From NCBI GenBank assembly GCA_030599585.1, contig JAUVNS010000019.1, positions 1 through 64,000 of the forward strand: a DNA stretch of 64,000 nucleotides, given 5' to 3'. The notes below the pieces were generated by a model that ran no database searches, was not told the origin of the DNA, and saw only the letters and a list, made by a program, of their open reading frames with translations. This DNA is from Promethearchaeota archaeon. Lineage in GTDB: Archaea > Asgardarchaeota > Lokiarchaeia > Sigyniarchaeales > SOKP01. This document shows, piece by piece, positions 54,001 to 63,000 of this stretch. Position numbers and translations under genes: made by a program. How positions within the stretch are numbered: position 1 is the first letter of the stretch; every line of letters starts with the position of its first letter.

Positions 54001-57000
54001 CGGAATCGGATAATTTGTTAAATATTACTAAGTCTGTATAATTATCGTTGTTTAAGTAATAATTTGATATTTTCTTTCCAATTAACGAAAATCCTAAGGG
54101 AATGGTGAAATTAACGAACCATTGATTGTTTGAATCGTTAAAAGAATATACGTATATATCACCATTTAGCCCGACTAAGAACGGATGTATAGCTCCGGTA
54201 TCGTCAAAGGTTCCATAAGAGCCGTAGAAATAATTACTTGGCTGTTGATGGTATGTATAATTGATAGGAAGATAAGATCGTTGGTTTGGCATTAATTTAT
54301 AGAAAGTGTTGTTGCTCACCTGCCAATCGACCGTAAAATACCCATTAGAAGTGGTTGAAGTGCCCATAGGAAGCCAAATTTGGTCGGAATAATCGTAATA
54401 ACTCATATCAACAGTTACGTCAGAAGTATTCGCGTTATCGATCCAATTGTCAACAAAACCGCTAAATTGGATCGGATTTTCGGTGTAATTAGTGTTGCTG
54501 CTATGATATACAATATCGCCAAAATTTAACGCTCCTTCTAAACTACTAGAATCTTCGTTGAAAATATAGAGGTTTTGTATGACAACGAACATATTATCCG
54601 CCTTATCGTAAATTTCTGCTTTGACGTGGGTGAGACCTTCCGCAAAATTTTTCCCGTTTAATTCGAATTGGTAAGTTGGAAACGGAATTGTAAGCGGATC
54701 AAAAACCATTTCGCCTAAATAATAATTACTGGCGTTGAATAACTTAATTTTTTCAATGTTGTGCAAGAATCGATAGCCGTGCTTCACGTAATAGGACTGA
54801 CTAGTAGCGTTAAACACGTATCCTGGAGTGAAGTATAACGTTTTGTGATCATGATCGGAACTGCCAAACATAATGTTTCCGGCGTCTCCGGTCTTACCAA
54901 GCTCCCAGTAAATACCACCGTTGGTCGTATTAGCGGTAAGTAGACCAAAACTGCCTTCTGGTGTAAGGTCGTCGTAATGAGCTTGATATCTTTGTGTGAC
55001 AAGAGTATTGCCGTATAAATCTTCTACTTCGAAGTAAAACTCAAATCGATCCCTCGTGTATTTACGAGGAAAGTTGTAGTGGGGATCGTCGTTCTCGAAC
55101 CCAAGCAGATTGTCTGTCCAACTCTCGGTCATCCCACTCAAGAAAGCAGATATGTCTAAGTTATTTAATACCCAATTTTGCTGGTCGTAAGAAAACGATG
55201 CATTCCAACCAAAATTGCACTTAATTCCTTTTAAAATTATATCTGTAGTAAGGTAGTTCTTATAGCGTTCGTCAAATGTAATTTCTTGCGTTACGCTATC
55301 AAAAAAGAATGGGATCGAAACACCGTCTAAAGTAACTGCCTCTTCAATTGCGTATACATTCAAATTGAGGAGTGAAATTACCTCATCGTTCCATAGAATC
55401 GAATTTTCGTAATATTTACCCGTTGCGTTCGTCCAATAATCGTGGAAAGAATAAGTGGTACGATTAGTTGCTAAATAAAGATAATTGGATGAGTTCCAAG
55501 AATTCCTTCTCATAATTACGTTAAACCAGTTTTTATTACTACCTTGTTCTTCGTAAATTGCAGGACTTGCTAAGGTTTTTAGTACGAATATCTTAACTGA
55601 CGTAATCTGAGAAATGTCTGCTAATTCGAGTTCTAAATCTGTATTATCGTTAAAATAAATATCGTTGCTAAAACTATGGCTATTCATTAACTTGCCCGTT
55701 ATCTGAGGTGGAGAGTTATCTACGATAATAGGGTACTTGAACGTAAAGACGTTGTTTGTATAATCCGTAAAAACAAAAGTAAGGTTATGGGAGCCATCTG
55801 GAATCCTGTTAGAATCGATGATCAGATCGTCGAAGTCGTAAGGTAGGTTATAATAAGTTCCAAGATCGACATATTCGCTATTCGCGTAAATATGGAGCGA
55901 GTATATCGATTTGTTAAATAAACCAGTACCGTCGCTATTAATTCGCATTAAGCTGGAACCGTTAAACAAGAAACCGCTTTGTAAAGTCTCAGGGAAAAAT
56001 CCAAGAACCGTATCGTCAAAGTAAATGTTAAATTCGTCTACAGATAAATACCCAAGGGTATCGTTCGAGATTACCCTAATTATTTGAGTTTGATTAAGTA
56101 AGGGTTCGTTAAAATAGAAACTGAACACGCCTCCTATAACTTCTGTGCTCCCGCTAACGGCTCGCCAATCAGATTCGTAAATTTGAAGGAAAACAGAATC
56201 AACTCCAGAAGGATCGGTTATTTCGAAAGCAACCATGCCCGAAGTATGGTTAAGGAATACGCCGTCCTCGAACTGAGGGTCAACTACTGGTCCCGAGTGA
56301 TCAACTACCATTCCAAGGTAAGATTGTACAATTTCTGTGTTGTGAATGTTATAGGCAGTAATTTCTAAATTATAAACATCTGAAACAAAGTTAAAAACGT
56401 CGAGATTTAAAACGAACGAAAAGTTGTTTAACATCGTGGTGGAGTATGTATACTCGACGATAATTTTATATGTATCGTGCTCTATATAATCATCGTTAAA
56501 TTGAATAAATAAGGTCTTATTTTCGTTATTTGTGTCGTAATAATAAAATATATCACTAGGTTGTAATATCGTTGCGTAACCCTCGTCGTTATTCGAATCA
56601 ATGAATAGACGGGTAATTTCAAACATGCCCGAAGGAACGGGTTTAACCTTTAAAACTTGCTGACCGGTGATAGAACGGGTAGTTTGAACCGTGAGGTTCG
56701 CTTTATTGTTAAGATCTACGTTTGGAACAAAAGAGTATTCGTAAGCGTTTCCATAGGTTTGACCGATAAACTTTATGTTGGGACGCGTATTGTAATATGG
56801 CATGCCCCAGACACTTTGGTACAAACTCGTAATATTAAGCAAGAATGTATTAGAAGTAGGGAATGTTTTGTCTGTGTGGTGATAAATACCGTCGTAATTT
56901 CCTTCTTGCAAAGCCATAGAGTTGCCATTGCTATTGTTGCATAACAACCGAATTGCACCTATAGGAATCGATCGATTGAAGAACCTGAAATCGTCAATAC

Positions 57001-60000
57001 TGCCATCAAATAAGTTATTTGCCCAAGTTTCGTTTGCAAATCGGGCGCCAATTGCTCCATAAGTTGGAGAGTTACCCGTATAATTCTCGTTATGGGTTAC
57101 TGAAGGCCCAAATTGAATTCCGTTCTTGAAAAAAGTTACGATGCCGTTTTCTTTTGTAATTCCAAAGTGCACCCAGGTGCCTATCTCAAATAGTTCTGGA
57201 CCACTTACAACTGAACCGCCAGCAGGAGGGTTGTGATCGAAAGATAATGCTCCATTCTCAAGAACGCTTAAGTAATTTCGAACAAGTTCTCCGCTTTCAT
57301 ATTCTCCATAAAGAGCAATAGTGTTATTTAACTCATTTAATTTAACCCAACCAGTTATAGCAAATGAGTCTTGACCGTTTTCAAAGATAGGAGAGGTTTG
57401 TATATAATCGTACACAATTATTTTTAGCATTTCTAAATCTAATTTAAAGGACTCAAGTTGGTTTTCGCCATAAAACTTAAGTAACACCTCGTAATTACCA
57501 TCGAAATGATCTGAACTAAGATTGTAAATATTCTTGGAAAAAGTGGAAAAAGAGCTTATACTAACGTTCTCCCACTTGCTTAGAGAGTAATCCCACACGG
57601 AAAAAATTATTGGTTGCGTTATGTTAGTGCGATAACCATAGTAAAGCCCAATGTTGTCAGTGGAATCGCTAATTCCCAAGGGTAATTTAACAGTAAAGTT
57701 TAATGTAGGCGGAACAACAGCTCTATAATCGTAAAGCTCCACTTTATTCACGATTAGCTGAGTATTATTTCCAATTATAACGAAAGTAACGTTAAAATCT
57801 TCAAAAACGGATAACCCTTTACCATCCATAAAGGAAGAAACGTTAAATTGACTTTGCGTAGTTTCTGAGTTGTTAGTTGCGTAAATCGCGGAATGCCATT
57901 GACCGTCCGCTTTGATCTCGTATATAATCTCGAATTTATTTTCCCTCCCATAATTATTATAATAATCGAAACTGTCGCTAGTAGTATTAATCGAATAATC
58001 AAGATTAATAATAAACATACCATTTTCTTTTTCAAATTGAGATAGACTGCTCTCGTCCGGATAAGCTAGTTCGAATTCTTGTTGCAAAAGCATCTGATTG
58101 CTTAAATTGAGACACTTGAAAACAAATGTATACCTTAAATTTACTATCTCTAATAGTCCATTAGATATATTGAACTTAAGGCCAAAACTATCTTTGCTGG
58201 TCGAATCGAACTCAAAAGTATTTGAAAAATGGTGCCAAGAGCTATCTCTAACTAAAGCGGATTCAGACGAATCGATATAAAATGTTGCGAAATCGCTGAA
58301 ATCAGTATGGTCTTTCGTAAAATTGTAATCAAAGTCGATTGATACATCGTATAGTTTTTTGTAATTTGAATATCCCGAATCATATCTATCTAAAAAATTA
58401 CTGCTTATACTTTTGGTTATATCTGCAAAAACTTCACCCGTCGATTTAACGGAAGTATAGTCTACTCTCAGTTGATCGATATCTAAATCGAACGCTGATA
58501 AAGAGTTTGCTAGATATCTTACCTTAACGGTATTTGAACCGTCGTAGTAATCAGAAGTCAACTCAAATGGACTTGAATCGGAAATTAAATTCCAACCAGT
58601 CCCCGACCCTGTGAACTTCCAAGCGTAAAAGTCAATAGTAGCTGAAGAAGAGTGGGCGAAATTTATTTCGTCTAGCGTATAAGCGTAAACATCTGAAACA
58701 GACCAAGAAACATCAGCGTCCAGGTAATACATGTCAATGACAGGTTTATAATCTACTCTGGCTTGGTCTAAAGTCATACTATGTGCGGAAGATTGAACTG
58801 ATGTGTATACTCTCATCAATACTTTATTAGTGCCGTCTTGGTAATACTCGTCGTAAGTCGCTAGGCTTTGCGAAAAGCTGTTACCCATACCATGCCATCC
58901 TGGAGCGTCCCAATCGTATATTTCTGCCGTCCCACCGTTTCCTGCGTAATAAACCCAATCCATCGAGTATACGTTACTCGGGATCATGCTAAACTCGGCA
59001 TAGATTCTGTGATTCGGAGTTCCTCGGGTAAGAACGGTTTCTACCGAGTCCACACTGACAGTATAAGCGCTACCTGTAAGTTTAAACCAGGCAACGTAAA
59101 CTCGAAGGTCGTTTACTTGGCTTTGGGTTAACGATAATCCTGACCACGTGAAATACGATGTCCAAGTCCAAGAATCGCCCACAATTGCGGTTTTAGCTGA
59201 CGAGTACACACCCGTACCTATTCTCCACCTTACTGAAACTCCACAAAATGCTGGAGTTGATTCTTTTATTCGTGCTCTGATCTTAACGTCAGTTACTTCA
59301 GTACCTGCGACCCAAGAAGGGTTTTGGATGCCAACTTCGCAATTTGTATTTTGTCCGGATAAGTAATCGCTTCCCGTACCGGTATCGTCAATTTTCTCGT
59401 GAGCAGAACCGCTAGATGGATATAACGTCCAAGTATTTGAATAAGTATAATCTGGACGGAGGGTTGGATAATTTGCAACGTTAGTGAAATATTTCCCAGA
59501 ATTTATCGTAGTTTCGTCCGCATCGTCACCTAAAAGATCTCCGTAAGGAGTAGCTAAACTGCCGTAGGTGAAAGAGAAATCTCCAAGTTGAGCAGGTACT
59601 TTTGCTAATTGGGAACCGCCAGATGGTACGAGCTCGGAAGAAATTGTGGAATTGGTGTCCCCTGATGAAGTTAAATTTCCATAAGGAGCCGAATAATCGC
59701 CTAAAATCACGCTAAAATCGCTCGGTTGACTGGGGGTTAAATGATCGTTATAAGATACGAATTCCGAAGAAAGATCGCCGTTACTAAATGAGGAACTAGT
59801 AAAGGCGGAATTGTAATTTAAGTTCCAGTTTGTCCAATCCTCAGATAAAGTTTCAGTAGGGAGTGATGTGGTCATGGATAAAGGATTCATAAAGAACGAG
59901 TCGTTATATCCATCTGGAAAGTAAAGATGACGCATATAAGAACTCTGAAAAGAACTAAGAGAGTCAGCCCACAAAAGCTCGTAATAAGGTTCGTGCTTTT

Positions 60001-63000
60001 CGTAGTTGTAATCAAAATCAAACCCTTCTGAGGTAAATTGAGTAGCTGAACTGTCTATTTTTTCTAAATTTCCACTCCAGTCTGAGCTTCCTTGTTCAAG
60101 AGTGAAGTCTTGAGGTTGAGATGGAATAACTGTAATGCTATTAAGCGTTAATGAATGGTCTCCAACTTTTCCTTGGGTCCAGCTTTCAATTCCTATTAAG
60201 CTACCATCATTGTTCCCTGTTGCGTCGTAAATTACGAGTCCATTTCCTTCGTCAAATTTCCACCAAGTACGCTCGGTGTTCTCCCCTACATTATAGTAAT
60301 TTTTATCGATTTGGAGGTCGTTAATGTAAATGTTAGTATCTAATCCTAACGAGACCGTAAATGGAATTAACAGTTCTATAGATTGGGATTTTAGATCGGA
60401 AGCCTTGATCTTTAAAATTTGCGTATCTACCGTTTGGTCTTCGAAATCAAAATCTATTGGATCGAAGGTAATTAAATGTTGAAAGTATAGCCCTTCCGCT
60501 TCAGGGTCAATTTTCTCAAAAGTATACACTTTATTCCCAACTGTCAAGTTTAAAACTTTTAAATCTTGAGCTATTGGGTAAATTTTAAAATAAAAAGGTT
60601 CAAATATATCGTAAATACGATCAAAAGCGTAATTCTCTACGTACAGGTCACTGAAATAATTCTGGTCGTTGACAAAAGAGAATAGCAATTCGTTTCCATC
60701 GTTTCCAGAGGTATCGTATCCTACTATTTTAAAATCTACGTCTCCATCGGGCATGTATTTAACGTTCCATTGAAGAGTATCATTTGCGCCATAAACCGTG
60801 AGATCGTCTCTCCAACCTTTTCCGTAGTTATAGGACAGTCGATAAGATTTGAAATCGTTATTAGAAGAACTTATTGTGCCGTTTACAAGCCCGTCGAACT
60901 CAGAGGTCGCTGTCCAAGAACCACTCGCTTGCTGAATTTGATATAAAACATCGTTTGGATTGGTATCCACGGTAATCGATGGGCCGTCAAGGTCGAGTTC
61001 TAGATCATTTTTCGTAAGGTTAAGGTTATAACTTCCAAATAAAGGATAGGTAACTTTCAATTCTACAACAATGTTAAAAAGAAGCGACTCCTCCCAAGGC
61101 AAATTAATAAATGGCGCTGAAAAGGGTGAGTAAGTAGCGTTGTTTATTAAAGTCCAATTAGCGTATCCCTGTTCTACCGCCCAAAATTTCGCGTAGTCTA
61201 TCCTAGATTCTATTACATCAGAAATTACCAGCGAGATTTCGTCTTTTTTACTTACTGTATTGCTAACTTTTATAGCGTTTTTAAAAGGACTAACAATCGT
61301 TTTGTTTTCGTAGGTATCAAAAGAACTAAAAGCTCCGTTATACGCCTCCGATATTGCGTACCACGTACCGTTTGGAACCGATTCGCTCGAAATATAGTAA
61401 GCAAAATCTCCGCTAGAATCTGATAATTCTACCATTTGAGTCCAATTATCTTTGTTTTGAGTGGTAGGAACGTCGTTGTACATATAATAAATTACCTTAG
61501 TAAGCGAAACTCCGTTGTTGTTGGTGGTAGTAAACTTAATATCGCTGTTGACTTCTTGACTGTCGGAGATCGGCTCCCAATCGTTAATTCCTATCGAAAA
61601 TGCTTTGCAAGTGATATTTGGAGGGTTATTAATTACGGTAAGATTGGAAACAGTAAGACTTCCTTGCGATCCCTTGTTGTTTTGGAACACTGCTTTCAGT
61701 TCGTATATAGTATCGTCGACTAAATTTGTGGTGTTCCAAGTAAAATTGAAGTAAGCAAAATTATTTTCGAAACTATATTGCGAAACGTTGGCAACCAAAT
61801 CCCACCCTGAATAATTACCCATATTTTTGTAATTGTAATACAAAGCAGCCCATTCGAAATCGTTCCCGATCGCTTTAACTTCCACGGGATATAACCCAGA
61901 AACTACCGTAAAAGATTCTACGTTAACAAATTCGGGCAATATATCCCCTTGAACGAATTCAAACTTTACGCTATCTATGATCACCCCCCATCGACTCCTA
62001 AATTCTTTCTCCGATGTGATATAAAAAGCGTCTTTCAACTGTGCTGTGAGTTCCAGGAATAAATAATCGGTGTCAGTAACTATGTCGTCCCCGTAAATGT
62101 ATATTTTAATAGGATCTTTGGTATAGTAATATTTTTGACCTAAATCGTTTGTTACGTTGCTAAAATCGTTAAAATCAAATTCTTGTATTTTAATAGAAGC
62201 GTTTGAATATTCAGAAAGAATTTTTGAGCTGAATTGATTGAATATTTCTAATTTAAACTTTAATAATTCTGATTTAAACTCGTCGGTAGCTTTATCTCGA
62301 TCCGTTCCGTTTTGATACTCAAAAAATGGGTGAACGGTTATAATAGATCTTAAATAATAATCTAAGGTATCTTCAGACTCTAAATTAGGCGTTACTATTC
62401 CAACCCGACCGGTAGAATCTGGACCGTCGATTAAGAGTTCGTCTTGATACGAATCGTAATAACCAAAACAATCGGTTAGATGAGTGTTTATAAGATTGAG
62501 GTAGTTCGCAGGACAAGTATTTTCAACTGTTTTAATTAAAACTGGTAAGTAGTTGTAGTTGTTCCCTTCTTGAGACGCCGGATAATAAGCATCGCTTGTG
62601 GACGAAAAAGCGATAAAATCGTCTCGATTATCTATTTCAATGTCGAAGTCGCTGAGTAAGTTCAAATCTGCTCCTTTGCTTACCTTTTCAAAAAAGCCGT
62701 AAGGGTTAGATTCCTTAGTAAGCAAATACAACTGATTGTTTGCAGACCCGTTTCTCCAATCAATCGACAACTTTAGACTGTTGAAAATAAGATTGACGCC
62801 GTTTTGAATGTTATACGAGTTCAAGTCGTATGTTTTTACCTTTACGTTTAACACTAAATAAACTACTTGCTCGTTGCTTTCGTATAAATCTTTAAGAAGA
62901 GCAAAAAGAGCCTGCTTTTCAGTTTGTGTAAGTTGGAAATATTCTTCTTTGTTGTGAATTTCAACTGAGAAGTTCTCTAAGTTAAGCGTATAATATAAGT

